Assembly (NCBI RefSeq): GCF_053078305.1
Contig: NZ_CP166879.1
Direction: 5' to 3' (one strand)
DNA: 64,000 nt
Part shown: positions 30,101-39,755 of the stretch, one piece after another
Layout of the letters: each line of letters starts with the position of its first letter
Position numbering within the stretch: the stretch's first letter is position 1
Notes under the pieces: generated by a model
Database searches by the model: none
What the model was told of the DNA's origin: nothing
The model's input: only the letters and a program-made list of their open reading frames with translations
Translations under genes and position numbers: made by a program

Positions 30101-33100
30101 TGTATTGTCTGCGCTTCCAGCCCCTGACCGGTATTCTGCGTGTGGCGATTGATAAACTGCAGGGCGTTCAGCGTAATGGCGGAACCACTGCGAATCAGAC
30201 CAGAGACGTTGTCCACAACGCCCCGTACACTGTTGAGCAACATGTCGCCCACAGACTGTATTTGTCCGTGGCTGTTCTGCAGACCTCCCGTATGCAGACG
30301 GAGTTCACCTTCACTGACCAGCCGGCCCCCCTCACGGTTATCCAGCGAGGTGGTGCTCAGGTCAGCTGTCGTTTTCGCCCCCACGGTCCCGCCCCGGTTA
30401 TCCATTGCTCCGGTACTGACAGTCAGTTCCTGCAGGCTGTTCAGCGTACCGCGTCTGTTATCCAGCGTCTGGCCTGCGGTATTAATGCTGATACCCCTCC
30501 CCTGAATAAGACCGGACTGATTGTTCAGCGCCTGGCTGTTCCAGCCGAGCAGACCGTTTGCCACCATCTGACCGGATGTATTGTTAACCACGCCTGCAGT
30601 CAGGGACAGAGCATCTCCCGACAAAAGCACACCGGCAGTGCTGTCCAGTGTGCCGGCATTCAGCGTCATCGGACCCTGACTGATAACCCCGCCCCGGTCA
30701 CCACTATTACGGTTACTCAGTGTGTCAGCACGGAGATTCAGCGATGCACCGCTCTGTATCAGGCCGCCGGCATCGTTGATGATATCCGTCGAGGAAAGTG
30801 TCAGTGACTGCTGTGCCACCAGTCTGCCGCCCTGATTATCAAACCGTGTGACATCCAGCCTGCTGTTACCGTTGCTGACCACCGTCCCCTGCTGATTTTC
30901 CAGCACACTCAGGTGCGTATTCAGGTCCCCGCCGGCGGCAAGCGCCCCTTCCTGATTACTGACATCACCACCACTCAGCAACATATCCGTCCCGGCCTTC
31001 AGTGCGCCTTTCTGGTTCATCAGCGTACCTGACGATATCTGTAATGACGTCTGACTCCCCAGCACGCCCTGACGGTTATCGAGCGTTCCGGCGTTCAGGG
31101 TCATATCCTTCTGACCCGCCATAAATCCCTGCTGGTTATTCAGCATACCGGCCCGCACTGTCAGGGTACCGGCGCTGCTGATACCACCCCGTGTTTTCGT
31201 GTTCCGGTTACTGAGTACCCCGTCCTGTACATCCAGCGTCATGTCACTGCCGGACTGAATCAGACCATCATCAGAGACCAGTTCGCTGCCTGACACAGAC
31301 AGCGTTTTCTGTGAAAGCAGTCTGCCGGACGTATTATCCAGCGCACCATCCAGCGTCACAGACAGCCCGTCAGCCACCACCGTACCCTGGTGGTTATTCA
31401 GATTCCCTGCCGAAATATCCAGCCTGCCGGCGGACTCCATTCGTCCCTCAGTATTGCTGACAGCCTGCTGTGTTTTTATCCTGCCCGTTCCGGCAGCAGC
31501 TGAAATCAGTCCGTTGTCGTTATTCAGCGCCTGTGTATTAATCAGGATGTCACGGCTGGCAAGCAGACGTCCCTGCTGGTTATCCACGGCGCCGGTTGTC
31601 CTCACCTGCAGACTGCCTGACTGCGCCGCCTGCACTTTCCCCCTGCGATTATCAAGGCTCAGTGCATCCAGACGCACCGCGCCATTTGCCGCAAACAGCC
31701 CTTCCCGGTTATCCACGCTTCCCGGCAGACTCAGCGAAAAATCCCCTGTTCCCGTCTGAGTCAGACTGCCTTTACGATTTGACAGGCTTTGTGCCGATAT
31801 CTGCAGTGTGTCGGCATTTATCGTGCCACCATTATTGCTGAAGTGCCCGACAGTCCGGGCGGAAAGCGTACCGGCACTCAGTTGCGCATTCTGTGTGGAC
31901 AGATTTCCACTGGTTGCATCCAGCTCAGTATGTTGTCCCTGTATCCGGCTGTTGCTTAAATCCAGCCCCTGCCCCTTCAGTTGCATGTCCCCACCGGACA
32001 GAACCTGTCCGTGTGCCGCCAGTTCGCCGGTGGTACTGACAGTCAGGTTGCCCGCTGCCGCCAGACGTCCGTCATCTTTCACCCCGGCGGCCAGCAGACT
32101 CCGCTCACCGCCGGTCAGACGCGCTGTCTGAATCCGGGTGTTGCGACGTGATGCCACAGAGCCTGTATGGGTGAAGACACCATCACTCTGTATCTGCGTA
32201 TCCTGCCCCGCATAAACAGAACCACTGTTATGCAGCTCCCGGGTTGTCGCCAGATGCACATCCGTTTTCGCACTGATACTGCCACTGTTTTCAATACGTC
32301 CGTCAGCCGTCAGGGTAACCGCCCCTGCCTGTGCACCAATATGACCGGCGTTACGAACACCCACCCCCGTTTCCGTACCGACAAGGCGAATTTTTCCGGC
32401 ATACATTCCGCCAAGACTGGCCACATCCAGTGCCATCTGAGGCTGTGAAGAGACATCACCGGTCTTTTTCTCAATCTGCCCGTGCGCGATATCCACATTG
32501 TTACGTCCTGTGGTCACTTTCAGATCCTGCGCCCAGATACCCGCATTAATCTTCACAGACCGGGCAATGATATCGGTATAATCCGTGCGCGAGGCATCCA
32601 TCCCTTTGCCCGTAACCTGAATCTCACCACGTTCAACACTGAATCCGGTCAGACTGCCGTTTTTCATCTGCGGCTGCCCCGTGGTCAGCGTGGCCCGGTT
32701 CGCATTAATAAAACCGCACCCGTCGCAACTGATGCCGGCCGGGTTCGCAATCACCACCTGCGCCTTTTTACCGGCAACCTCAACAAAACCGTTCAACTGG
32801 CTGGGATTGCGACTGTTCACTTCATTAAGAATGATTCTGGCCTCTCCCTTAGCCAGCCACGGGTTCCCGGCCACCATGCCACCCAGTTGAGTCTGCACAT
32901 TGTTATGGGCATTATTCAGAATGACGCCCTGGTTACCGACGTCGAACTGGCTGTATGCGTTATGTGAAACCCCGCCGGCAGAAGGCGTCTGAATATTCAC
33001 CTGCGGAATGCCGCTGGCCGTCTGCGTAATCGTGGGCTGCTGATACCCTGGTGCGCCATGGTCTGCGACAATGCCTGCAGCACTGACAGAATGCACCATC

Positions 33101-33279
33101 CCCGAAGCCAGCCACAAAGAGAATGCAAGCGGCGTGACACGGCAGATACGTTGCCTGTGTGGATATCCTGTGCGGGAGGACAGTGATGTACCGGCGCGAC
33201 CGGAACGGGCAATATCTGCCACCACCATCAGCATTCCCCGGGCTTTGTTAAAAATAATGCGGTAACAATTTCTGTTCAT
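24166..33279 (-). CDS. cdiA: CdiA contact-dependent inhibition exoprotein (TpsA/filamentous haemagglutinin family), 3037 aa, with VENN-delimited C-terminal toxin
   Basis: Extended signal peptide (YRIIFNKARG...VVADIARSG), TPS secretion domain (NPAGISCDGCGFINANRATLTTG), long haemagglutinin-type repeats, VENN motif 274 aa before the C-terminus. Confidence 0.85.
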   Translation of the reverse strand: MNRNCYRIIFNKARGMLMVVADIARSGRAGTSLSSRTGYPHRQRICRVTPLAFSLWLASGMVHSVSAAGIVADHGAPGYQQPTITQTASGIPQVNIQTPSAGGVSHNAYSQFDVGNQGVILNNAHNNVQTQLGGMVAGNPWLAKGEARIILNEVNSRNPSQLNGFVEVAGKKAQVVIANPAGISCDGCGFINANRATLTTGQPQMKNGSLTGFSVERGEIQVTGKGMDASRTDYTDIIARSVKINAGIWAQDLKVTTGRNNVDIAHGQIEKKTGDVSSQPQMALDVASLGGMYAGKIRLVGTETGVGVRNAGHIGAQAGAVTLTADGRIENSGSISAKTDVHLATTRELHNSGSVYAGQDTQIQSDGVFTHTGSVASRRNTRIQTARLTGGERSLLAAGVKDDGRLAAAGNLTVSTTGELAAHGQVLSGGDMQLKGQGLDLSNSRIQGQHTELDATSGNLSTQNAQLSAGTLSARTVGHFSNNGGTINADTLQISAQSLSNRKGSLTQTGTGDFSLSLPGSVDNREGLFAANGAVRLDALSLDNRRGKVQAAQSGSLQVRTTGAVDNQQGRLLASRDILINTQALNNDNGLISAAAGTGRIKTQQAVSNTEGRMESAGRLDISAGNLNNHQGTVVADGLSVTLDGALDNTSGRLLSQKTLSVSGSELVSDDGLIQSGSDMTLDVQDGVLSNRNTKTRGGISSAGTLTVRAGMLNNQQGFMAGQKDMTLNAGTLDNRQGVLGSQTSLQISSGTLMNQKGALKAGTDMLLSGGDVSNQEGALAAGGDLNTHLSVLENQQGTVVSNGNSRLDVTRFDNQGGRLVAQQSLTLSSTDIINDAGGLIQSGASLNLRADTLSNRNSGDRGGVISQGPMTLNAGTLDSTAGVLLSGDALSLTAGVVNNTSGQMVANGLLGWNSQALNNQSGLIQGRGISINTAGQTLDNRRGTLNSLQELTVSTGAMDNRGGTVGAKTTADLSTTSLDNREGGRLVSEGELRLHTGGLQNSHGQIQSVGDMLLNSVRGVVDNVSGLIRSGSAITLNALQFINRHTQNTGQGLEAQTIHITTQDLDNQEGSILADRALTVMADRTLSNNDGVLSSGATLSVSGRQLAFSNRDGVVKAGQSVSVDAGQLGGDGKLLSLGDMTLKSNTTFSNSGQTIANGNLTLSVNGDVSNTGSLLAGSRLDLNSIRLENTEKGEISAGQTWLNVTDTLLNRGLIDGKYTHLQANTLTNSGTGRIYGDAVGVSAATFNNLEENGVAATLAGRERVDLGVQTLNNRTHSLIYSAGDMHTGGMLDANGAATGKAGVLNNHSATIEAAGYLVLSAGQINNVNDHFTTERVVVSTEKVTEYQLSGSDKRWSAGEPGVYVDNDSSNSLKKLHTPEGARDKFTQYDYTRTVEETRVKDSDPGKILSGAGMTIVADKLLNDKSQVVAGGLLTIPSGSVENVSVSGERHVTDSGTSTYYYRIRKKGKDKQGEKTSQYTPPTVIQSITLKPGELTSHGQIQGSQVTLSPLKPQGTDVQTGQAGNVDAAVAATDRIPLRPVVSAGEPVILLPGQQFEVSAPQGSIHVAGPDTRLPDSSLFKTNPAVNVPYLVETDPRFTNQKTWLGSDYMQKAFSQNGDNMLKRLGDGFYEQRLIREQVVALTGQRYLDGYSNDEEQFKALMDAGIAFGKQYNLTPGVALTAEQMALLTGDIVWLVNTTVTLPDGSTQTVQVPQVYARVKPGDVNSAGALIAGRDMVMKLDGDLFNSGKLAGKQTVQLSAENIHNQAGSIQGANVSLTARTDINSTGGLLQATDSLLAMAGRDISLTTTTRTAQRDAGQNHFERTSIDSVAGVYVQNDQGRLVLQAGRDMNLTAATVVNQGKDSLTQLSAGRDMTLSTVTTSAQDNIIWDKNNRLSQGVTQSTGSTLAGNGDVTLTAGRDMTSQAASLSAQKGLALMAGHDVTLTGAQNTRSLDEYHKVTGSSGMLSKTTTTTHDVTDRRTMTGSELNGDTVSISAGHNLNVTGSSVAGDNRVSLAAGNDLSIGTLTESNRETHLKQEKKSGLMSSGGVGFSMGSQSLKVTDTATDTTQKGSTVGSVHGDVSLQAGNRLTVNGSDLIAGRDMALSGKEVSITAATDQHVQTHTVEQKTSGLTLALSGTAGSALNTTVETVQAAKSAGNSRLEALQGVKAALSGAQAVQAGRLADAQGADAGNNNTVGISLSYGSQSSKSEQQSEQTVAKGSTLTAGNNLSIQATGSGVKGVDGDLTIQGSQIKAGNNVLLQANRDVNLVSAENTSKLEGKNTSSGGSVGVGVGVGSGGWGISVSASANQGKGSEKGNGTTHTETTVDAGNRLTIISGRDTTLTGAQAGGETVKVDAGRHLTLTSEQDSDRYDSKQQNASAGGSFIFGSMSGSASVNLSRDKMHSNYDSVQEQTGIFAGRGGFDVTTGQHTQLNGAVIASTATADKNRLDTGTLGFSDIENRADFKTEHQSTGLSTGGSVAGNFLGNMANNLLVGANHEGHADSTTQSAVSAGNITIRDTQSQKQDVADLNRDAAHANQTLSPIFDREKEQQRLQQAQLIGEIGNQVADIARTEGQIAGEKAKRDPAALNQARAELEAAGKPFTEQDVAQRAYNNGMAASGFGTGGKYQQAIQAATAAVQGLAGGNLSAALAGGAAPYIAEIIKNNTPDGAGRVAAHAVVNAALAVAQGNNALAGAAGAATGEVVGMIATQMYGKPVSELSETEKQTVSTLATVAAGLAGGLVGNSGASAVAGAQSGKTTVENNFLGATSSDKLDKAIEKIRNGDKTLATANELIKLENADKRSDALVSKFNKDPSQLNSAERAELAAYLRVYASEMEKEYGTAVAQELVTGLLSGQDYIKRNPDTEAMAKAQSIMNTWGYHKSNASIGDAPLLFGGSVLGLTVKGMATNAAIGISVNSAAQLAGKGPFSYVDAIMAGVTAAATTGKGIIVSTPINMSGAAIGSSIKGEDPTNSVIGTGLGSVFGGGIGKVISGSMGSTVKEGTSDIIGNIGGTITGEAIGNVTKGTLDEADKSIKNK

Positions 33280-33294
33280 TCTGATAAACCTGAC

Positions 33295-33822
33295 TTATCT
33301 CTCCGGCACATCCACAGCAAGCGGGTGCTGCACACGCCACTGGCGCGCCTCTTCACGACTGACCTGTGCACCCCGGAAATTCATCACCCGTAACCCGGTC
33401 TGCTGCCCACGGTGGTACAGCGAACGCCAGCACAGACGGGGAAAAATATCCTGCCGGACAAGACGACTCATATCCGGAGTGTGTCCAAAAGGGGCAACCC
33501 AGTCACAGACCCACATCCGGTCGCCGCTGTTCCAGTCCGACTGAGGCATGAGAATTGCCGGCTGCGTAAGATAACGCGCCTCTGCCTCCGGGCTGAGCCA
33601 GGCCTGGCTCATGAAGAAAACCGGTCGCCCCTGCTCTGTTGCCACCACATACTGTCGGTGCTTAATCACCGGCAGCAGCAGGTCCGGCAGGGTATGCAGT
33701 GGCGCATCACGATGCAGGGGGGAGTGCATCCACAACCAGACGGCCGCCCCCAGGACTTCCGCCTCATTGACCGGCTCACCGGAATACAGGGGACTCAGAA
33801 CGTCATATTTCCCGTTACGCAT
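33295..33822 (-). CDS. cdiC: HlyC-family toxin-activating lysine acyltransferase (CdiC-like), 175 aa
   Basis: HlyC-like blocks WLWMHSPLHRDAP and SGDRMWVCDWVAPFG; sits between cdiB and cdiA. Confidence 0.7.
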   Translation of the reverse strand: MRNGKYDVLSPLYSGEPVNEAEVLGAAVWLWMHSPLHRDAPLHTLPDLLLPVIKHRQYVVATEQGRPVFFMSQAWLSPEAEARYLTQPAILMPQSDWNSGDRMWVCDWVAPFGHTPDMSRLVRQDIFPRLCWRSLYHRGQQTGLRVMNFRGAQVSREEARQWRVQHPLAVDVPER

Positions 33823-33831
33823 GAAACTTTC

Positions 33832-35571
33832 TCAGAAATCCCGGAACAGATTAAAACCGGCTGTCACATCACTCGTCATAAAACCCGCCGGCTTTGAAAA
33901 CGGACGACCGATGAAAACGTCATAATCCGTACTGAACAGTTGCCCCCTCAGCCCCACAACACCACCGGCCAGATGACGTCCCACCAGATATTCACTGCCG
34001 GCTCCCCCCACCTCGCCGTAATCCATTCCCAGATATAACGCCTGCTCCGGCAGTGGCGTACGCCAGGCCAGGTCGTTGCGGATATACCAGCCGTTACTGG
34101 CATTCAGCGTTCGCTCCCCGTCAAAACCACGAACCGTCCAGCGGTTACCGATGGCAAACTGTTCCTGTGGGGTCAGCGGGGTATTGCTCAGCTGGCGCTG
34201 ATACCGGAAGGAATAACTGAAGGGCTGCTCTGCCAGTGTAAAGGGCAGATTAAAGGATGCATTCATCTGCAGGATCTTACTGAGCGCCGTTGCCTCACCG
34301 AAGATTTCCTCCGGTGCCGGCTGTGCACCAAACCAGCGGGTTCCCCGTTGCCAGCTGACACCAGCATCCAGTGTGGCCTGAGAAATATAATGACGGTGCT
34401 GCAGCCCAAGTCGCCAGGCCGCTGTCTGCCGGCGCTGCACCTGGATTTCCGTATCATTAATGTAGTTACGCGACCTGCGGGCCTGAACATCGTAAGTCAG
34501 CACCGTTTTCTGCGTCCCGTTACGATGCAGTACCCGGCTCAGCTGCATGCCCAGATTCTGACTCTCGCCACTGTACTGGTAATCCTCAACCGCACCAGCT
34601 ACCGTCTGATGGTAATCGTAATCACTGGCGGTGACGGAAAACTGCCAGTAACCGAAAGGCACAGAGTAATGGGCCGTGTAGTTTTTACTGCCCTTACCCC
34701 CGTAATGTGGAAAATTATGGGTGGCAGAAACATACAGCAGGTCACTCAGGGAAAAAGGATTATCCAGAGAAAATGTTATACCACCGAGATAACGCCCTGT
34801 GCTGCGGGTACCTGAATCATCAAGCGAAAACCCCAGTCGCCAGTATTTATCCTGTTTACGGGTAATAAGAATATCACTTTCCCCTGGCTGCTCACCGGGC
34901 ACAATTTCCATATCAGCCTGCACACCCGGCAGTCGTTGCATATTCTCCAGCCCCTGCTCAATGTCCCGTAAATCCAGCAGAGAACCTTCGTGTGCCGGGA
35001 ATGAGGAATACAACTGAATATAGTCATCACTGTCCGGTGTCAGACGCACATGTCGCACAACACCGGGAATAATAACCAGCCGGAGGATACCGCTTTTTAA
35101 ATCCTGCGAAGGTGCCAGAACACGGGTGGTGACATAACCATGATCGACCAGACGGTTCTGCAATGTACTCATCAGCAGATTAATTCCTTTCGCCCCCAGG
35201 CAATGCCCGACCGCCCCGTTGGCGATTTTTTGTAAAGGCAGCCAGTGTGGTAACGCATCAGCCCCCTTCAGTTCCGTCTGTTTAATCTGAAAACAGGGCG
35301 TTTCAACAGGAAAATTAATCTTATGGGCAAAAGAGCCAGGTGCAGAAAGGCGAACATCAGGGGCTGAAGGCGTCAGTTGTTGCTCAAGGGCTTCCTGACG
35401 CTGCTGCTGAATGATAAATGTATCCTCTCCACTACGCCGGATATCCGCTGCCTGAAGAGATAAAGGCGATAGTAAAACAGACATCAGTGTCAGTGACAGC
35501 AAGGACGGACAGCGCCGGAATACGCTTTGTTCCTCAGCCCTCTCGTTCCTGCAACATAATTTTCCAGTCAA
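33832..35571 (-). CDS. cdiB: CdiB two-partner-secretion outer-membrane transporter (TpsB/ShlB/FhaC family), 579 aa
   Basis: Signal peptide, POTRA-like region, beta-barrel with C-terminal aromatic residue; immediately upstream of cdiC-cdiA. Confidence 0.8.
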   Translation of the reverse strand: MTGKLCCRNERAEEQSVFRRCPSLLSLTLMSVLLSPLSLQAADIRRSGEDTFIIQQQRQEALEQQLTPSAPDVRLSAPGSFAHKINFPVETPCFQIKQTELKGADALPHWLPLQKIANGAVGHCLGAKGINLLMSTLQNRLVDHGYVTTRVLAPSQDLKSGILRLVIIPGVVRHVRLTPDSDDYIQLYSSFPAHEGSLLDLRDIEQGLENMQRLPGVQADMEIVPGEQPGESDILITRKQDKYWRLGFSLDDSGTRSTGRYLGGITFSLDNPFSLSDLLYVSATHNFPHYGGKGSKNYTAHYSVPFGYWQFSVTASDYDYHQTVAGAVEDYQYSGESQNLGMQLSRVLHRNGTQKTVLTYDVQARRSRNYINDTEIQVQRRQTAAWRLGLQHRHYISQATLDAGVSWQRGTRWFGAQPAPEEIFGEATALSKILQMNASFNLPFTLAEQPFSYSFRYQRQLSNTPLTPQEQFAIGNRWTVRGFDGERTLNASNGWYIRNDLAWRTPLPEQALYLGMDYGEVGGAGSEYLVGRHLAGGVVGLRGQLFSTDYDVFIGRPFSKPAGFMTSDVTAGFNLFRDF

Positions 35572-36159
35572 ACGAAAAACCTTTTATTCATGCCATACCA
35601 ACAATCACCAGCCTCCTGACGATACCTCCCACCATGTTTTGCAGTGGTACGCTACCGCCCTTCCGGTATTTACCCACACCAACCGGTACCAGAATGCTGA
35701 GTAACAAATCCGTTCAGAATTGACTTAATTTTGATCATTATAGAATAATGATCTGAGCGACAGCAATATGACAGATTTATCGATCGATATAACACAAATG
35801 AACAGATCTTTATTCTGCCGAATATCGCAAAAACAGCATATCGCAAAACTTATAACCATAATTAATGGAAAAGTGCAGAAAATTATTCCACTGAATGCTT
35901 TTAATACAGTTGGTTAGCTAAAAAAATATCATTTTTTGATTTCAGTCATTGAAAATTGCAATGCGTGACGATTCAACAGCATTTAAGTGAGTTTCAGGAT
36001 ATGGGAAGGACATGAAAGGAGGAGCGTAATAAAACACACAGGAAGAAGGGGAAAATGTTTCGTAAAAACAGAAAATTAACAGCGCACATCAGGAAACTCA
36101 GTCTCCTGATTCAGTGCTACCACATGAAAATTTAGTTAACTGTTACCGTACTAAAATTT

Positions 36160-36351
36160 ATGTCAGAAGATGTTCCATTACCGAAAGTCAATCAGCGATA
36201 CAAAGACGATCATGGTGCGCTTGTCACCGTGACCAGTGTTGAGGAAACCCGGGTGGTGTTTATGCGGGAGGGCTATCCGCATCCCTGCATGCGACCGATG
36301 TACAACTTTCTGGGAAAATTCAAACCCGAAGCTCGGGAAGAAACAGAATAA
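36160..36351 (+). CDS. Hypothetical small protein, 63 aa
   Basis: ORF only; weak ribosome-binding site. Confidence 0.25.
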   Translation: MSEDVPLPKVNQRYKDDHGALVTVTSVEETRVVFMREGYPHPCMRPMYNFLGKFKPEAREETE

Positions 36352-36403
36352 AACGAAATCCCTGCCGGCAATCACACTGCCTGATGGCAGCATAATCCAC
36401 TTA

Positions 36404-36637
36404 TTAATTCTCATCCCCGGAGACAAGCCCGGAAAACCACTCCGGGTGTTCACTGTATGCCGTGTTCAGCGCATCCCAGGAAACGTTTATATAAAAGCTG
36501 TCCTGCAATTTCCGGGTAACCACCTCTGCCAGGCGGTTCCGGTTATCCACCAGTCCAGCATAACCTATCTCTGCCAGCCACTCATTCAGTTCATGTTCCA
36601 GAGACAGATTGACAATATCGTAATCGGACCTTGCCAT
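36404..36637 (-). CDS. Hypothetical protein, about 77 aa from the internal start MARSDYD (longer 102-aa ORF also possible)
   Basis: ORF with AGGAAA Shine-Dalgarno before the internal ATG. Confidence 0.3.
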   Translation of the reverse strand: MARSDYDIVNLSLEHELNEWLAEIGYAGLVDNRNRLAEVVTRKLQDSFYINVSWDALNTAYSEHPEWFSGLVSGDEN

Positions 36638-36732
36638 TCCCGTTTCCTTAGCACATGTTTTCAGGCACGGGGATAAAGTATAAAGAATGTCGTACTGCTG
36701 CTGCCAGAGCAATATTCCCCCTGATGGTTGTA

Positions 36733-37392
36733 TCAGAGATGGTATGCCGGTACTTTGCGGGTTGTTCCTGTCAGGTTATCGTGCACCTCCACGGTCGTGG
36801 TCACCACCGGCATTCCGGCCTTTCTCAGCCTCAGAACATCAGCCGCAATACGCTGACTGCCAAACCAGAACAGGCCGTCCAGTGCAGTCACCAGTAAACC
36901 CGCCTCCAGTGCATACTTCAGCCGTTCACGGGGCGCTTTCACTTCCCGGGCAACCTGCTGATATGGCAATGATGTGTTTTCATTCCCAACCACGCGACGA
37001 ATACGGTGAGACAGATGATACCGGAATGTATCCGGCACACCAGAAAGGCTGGCCTTCAGGCTGTACACGCAGCCAAACCGTTTATCGTTAAACACCACAT
37101 TTTTCTGACTGATGTCCCATTCTTCACGCAGCGCGGCAATCAGTTGTGGTGTCCGGGTAAGCAACAAGCGAAAAGGCAGTTCAAAACTGGTGACGTAATC
37201 CACATTCAGCAGTGCAATACGCAGCCGTTCTTCTGGCCCGGCCTCTGTCTGCCGGCACTCCTCCAGAACATCCTGCCACTGCTGGCGAAGACAGGGCGAT
37301 TCGTTCCGTTCTGTAAAACAGTATTTATCCGCCAGATAGTCAATTCGTGTATGCATACTGAAGAGTATTCCGTATAAAGATTCAGCTGGCAA
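36733..37392 (-). CDS. Hypothetical protein, 219 aa (prophage-remnant-like)
   Basis: ORF length and codon usage; no motif recognised. Confidence 0.4.
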   Translation of the reverse strand: MPAESLYGILFSMHTRIDYLADKYCFTERNESPCLRQQWQDVLEECRQTEAGPEERLRIALLNVDYVTSFELPFRLLLTRTPQLIAALREEWDISQKNVVFNDKRFGCVYSLKASLSGVPDTFRYHLSHRIRRVVGNENTSLPYQQVAREVKAPRERLKYALEAGLLVTALDGLFWFGSQRIAADVLRLRKAGMPVVTTTVEVHDNLTGTTRKVPAYHL

Positions 37393-37444
37393 AACTTTAT
37401 CAGTCTGTAAAAACTAACGGAAGAGTCGATATTTCTCCCGTCCA

Positions 37445-37942
37445 TCACCGGATGATTGTTGCAATACCCCGTGGCATCAGAGACTGAACAGCCGTTTTTA
37501 ACGCAACGTATTGCTCTGATGTATCAGGCCGGACAACCCGAAAACACCTTTCCACCCGGCATTGTCCGCCAGCGCTTATCACCGGCCAGGTCTGTTGCAG
37601 TAAATCCGCCACTTGCGAACATGCTTCATCAACTGTAACACTGGCCCGCGGATGGCAAACACTCGTCTGGCTGAGCAGTAACAGGCAGCGTATTGTTGCT
37701 CCTCCATGTTGTTCCCGCAACCAGCGTAATACCACCGGCGATGATGGGCTGGCAGTGTGATTACGCACAGTAATAAGTTCATAAAAGGAAGTACAGAATG
37801 TCTGAATCTGTTGACCACAGACGCCTTCTGTCGAATGAAGTGTGAAGTGGATTGCCAGCAGATGTGGCCTGTGATCCACCGCCTGCTGCACAAAACGCCG
37901 GATTTCCCCCGGCTCTGAAAGTAAGGCTTCGGTTATTTGCAC
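37445..37942 (-). CDS. Hypothetical protein, 165 aa
   Basis: ORF only. Confidence 0.3.
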   Translation of the reverse strand: MQITEALLSEPGEIRRFVQQAVDHRPHLLAIHFTLHSTEGVCGQQIQTFCTSFYELITVRNHTASPSSPVVLRWLREQHGGATIRCLLLLSQTSVCHPRASVTVDEACSQVADLLQQTWPVISAGGQCRVERCFRVVRPDTSEQYVALKTAVQSLMPRGIATIIR

Positions 37943-38291
37943 TATTTTATCTCTGTTGAATTTGGTTAAGTCGGTGCAGACTCATCAACACAAGTACGGT
38001 TCGATGCAAACAGCTGTGACTGGCAATATGAAAGGAATGATGAATCAGTCAGGATGACAAAGTGCCGTCTGACCGGAGGGGACACAGGAAGATTCACGGA
38101 GGGACCAGCACTAGGGAACAGCGCCACATCCCGGGTGGTACTGCTTTGATGCGCCCGGTGACACAAAGCCCGGATTGTTCCAGACATCCTGAATCAAACG
38201 CCCCAGATCAGGGGCGTCGAAATATGCCTCTCTGGCCATTATATTCCGGCGTACAGGTAGCAGGTCAGAAGTGACAATGCGTCACCTAACG

Positions 38292-38858
38292 TTAAAAGTC
38301 ACTACACCCAAGATGACGTTCAACAGCACCATGCGATTCAATGTAAGCCCGGGCTGTCTGTTCCAGTACACCAGGCTCAGCGTTGTATGTGTTAGCTGCA
38401 TCAAATACCAACGACAACACTTCAGGATACACAACCAGATGTGTAATGGAGTTATCTTCACTCAATACTTTTCCCCACGCCTGCTCAATCAGATTTCTTA
38501 GAACCACCACCTCACGACTCTTACACCAGACATCGTTATTAAGTAGCAGCACCATAAGATAAGGAGTGGTATCGTTAGCCACAGCTTCCCTACTCCAGAG
38601 ATAATATAAAGGGGTGGGCTCAACAGATTTATCTTTACGTCTCTTGCACTGCAAATATTCAGAAATGAGTCTATGCAGTTCACCAGTAAAATCAGCCATC
38701 AGAGAGGGAATGGCCTTATTAATACCCTGCCCTGGTATTAATTTAAATTGTAATAATTTAATTTCAGGATGTGTAGCTGCAGCCCGATACAGAGTTGCAA
38801 GGACACACTTTTGCCAGAGGGCGTTACAGGAAAGCTTAACATTTGATTCTGTATACAT
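38292..38858 (-). CDS. Hypothetical protein, 188 aa
   Basis: ORF only. Confidence 0.35.
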   Translation of the reverse strand: MYTESNVKLSCNALWQKCVLATLYRAAATHPEIKLLQFKLIPGQGINKAIPSLMADFTGELHRLISEYLQCKRRKDKSVEPTPLYYLWSREAVANDTTPYLMVLLLNNDVWCKSREVVVLRNLIEQAWGKVLSEDNSITHLVVYPEVLSLVFDAANTYNAEPGVLEQTARAYIESHGAVERHLGCSDF

Positions 38859-38885
38859 AATAAATCACCTTACAGTTACAACAGG

Positions 38886-39128
38886 TCAAAAACCGCTGTA
38901 GCCAGAGTTACGCTGGCCTGATGCTTTAGTGTCGAGCTTCGTCAGATAATCCAGACGTGCCAATAAGCGCTGATACTGCTCAGGGAAATCAGGAGCATTA
39001 ATATCCTGGATGTCACGTCCATTAGCAGGGAAATGAACAATGCAGCCCCCTGGATTAACTATGCAGAAATCATCCTGAGGCACTGATAAATACGGAGAGG
39101 ACTCTCGCGTATGGTTGATTGACACCAC
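38886..39128 (-). CDS. Hypothetical protein, 80 aa
   Basis: ORF only. Confidence 0.25.
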   Translation of the reverse strand: MVSINHTRESSPYLSVPQDDFCIVNPGGCIVHFPANGRDIQDINAPDFPEQYQRLLARLDYLTKLDTKASGQRNSGYSGF

Positions 39129-39329
39129 AGTGCGAATTCGGCGAATGCGAGATCACGGTACGATTCCGCACCACACTACCAATCAATACCCCGGGTTTTA
39201 TTCAGGTAAGCAGGACTGCGGATATCCGGTGTCGCGCCTTTGTGTCACGAACGGGGTGGGTGCGAAACACCAGATAAAATACAGGTTGGCAATACCTCTG
39301 AACGCCCTGAGCAGGTCGGGCATTTCGGA

Positions 39330-39755
39330 TTAAGTACTCGCACCTCCGCAGTCCTCAAACAAGTCTGGCTGGTAGCTGTAAACAGACTTCGTACATACCG
39401 CTCTGCAATAAATCCCCGTACCACAGGCCTCACAGAACTTCTTCCCATGAAAAAACTGCTCACACATCACACAATGCCACTCCAGCACGACCGGTAATGG
39501 CGATAAAAACATCGCCATATCCTCAATGTAAGGGTGGGACTTCTCCGGATTCAGCACCACACAGTCCGCCTTCTGTTGCTCACTCAGGGCATGTAAATCA
39601 TGCTCAAACCACGCCCCCTGAGCATCTGTCTGCAGAATCAACCGGCCATGGCAGGAAAGGCAGAAACACTGCCGGATATTTCTGCTGAGCGCAGAGTCGG
39701 CACTGATAATGTGCTCACCCGGCGTGATCCCCAGCCCCGTTTTTATACCGTTCAT
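39330..39755 (-). CDS. Cys-rich (zinc-ribbon-like) hypothetical protein, 141 aa; paralogue of the next gene
   Basis: CxxC pairs and shared WFEH motif with the upstream ORF; 4-bp overlap with it. Confidence 0.45.
   Translation of the reverse strand: MNGIKTGLGITPGEHIISADSALSRNIRQCFCLSCHGRLILQTDAQGAWFEHDLHALSEQQKADCVVLNPEKSHPYIEDMAMFLSPLPVVLEWHCVMCEQFFHGKKFCEACGTGIYCRAVCTKSVYSYQPDLFEDCGGAST

Noticed and set aside
24179-33265. Numerous plus-strand ORFs (up to 372 aa) overlapping cdiA
   Set aside because: They are antisense to a 9-kb GC-rich, repeat-rich gene with clear TPS/haemagglutinin features; proline/arginine-rich translations and no ribosome-binding sites indicate stop-codon-poor antisense frames.
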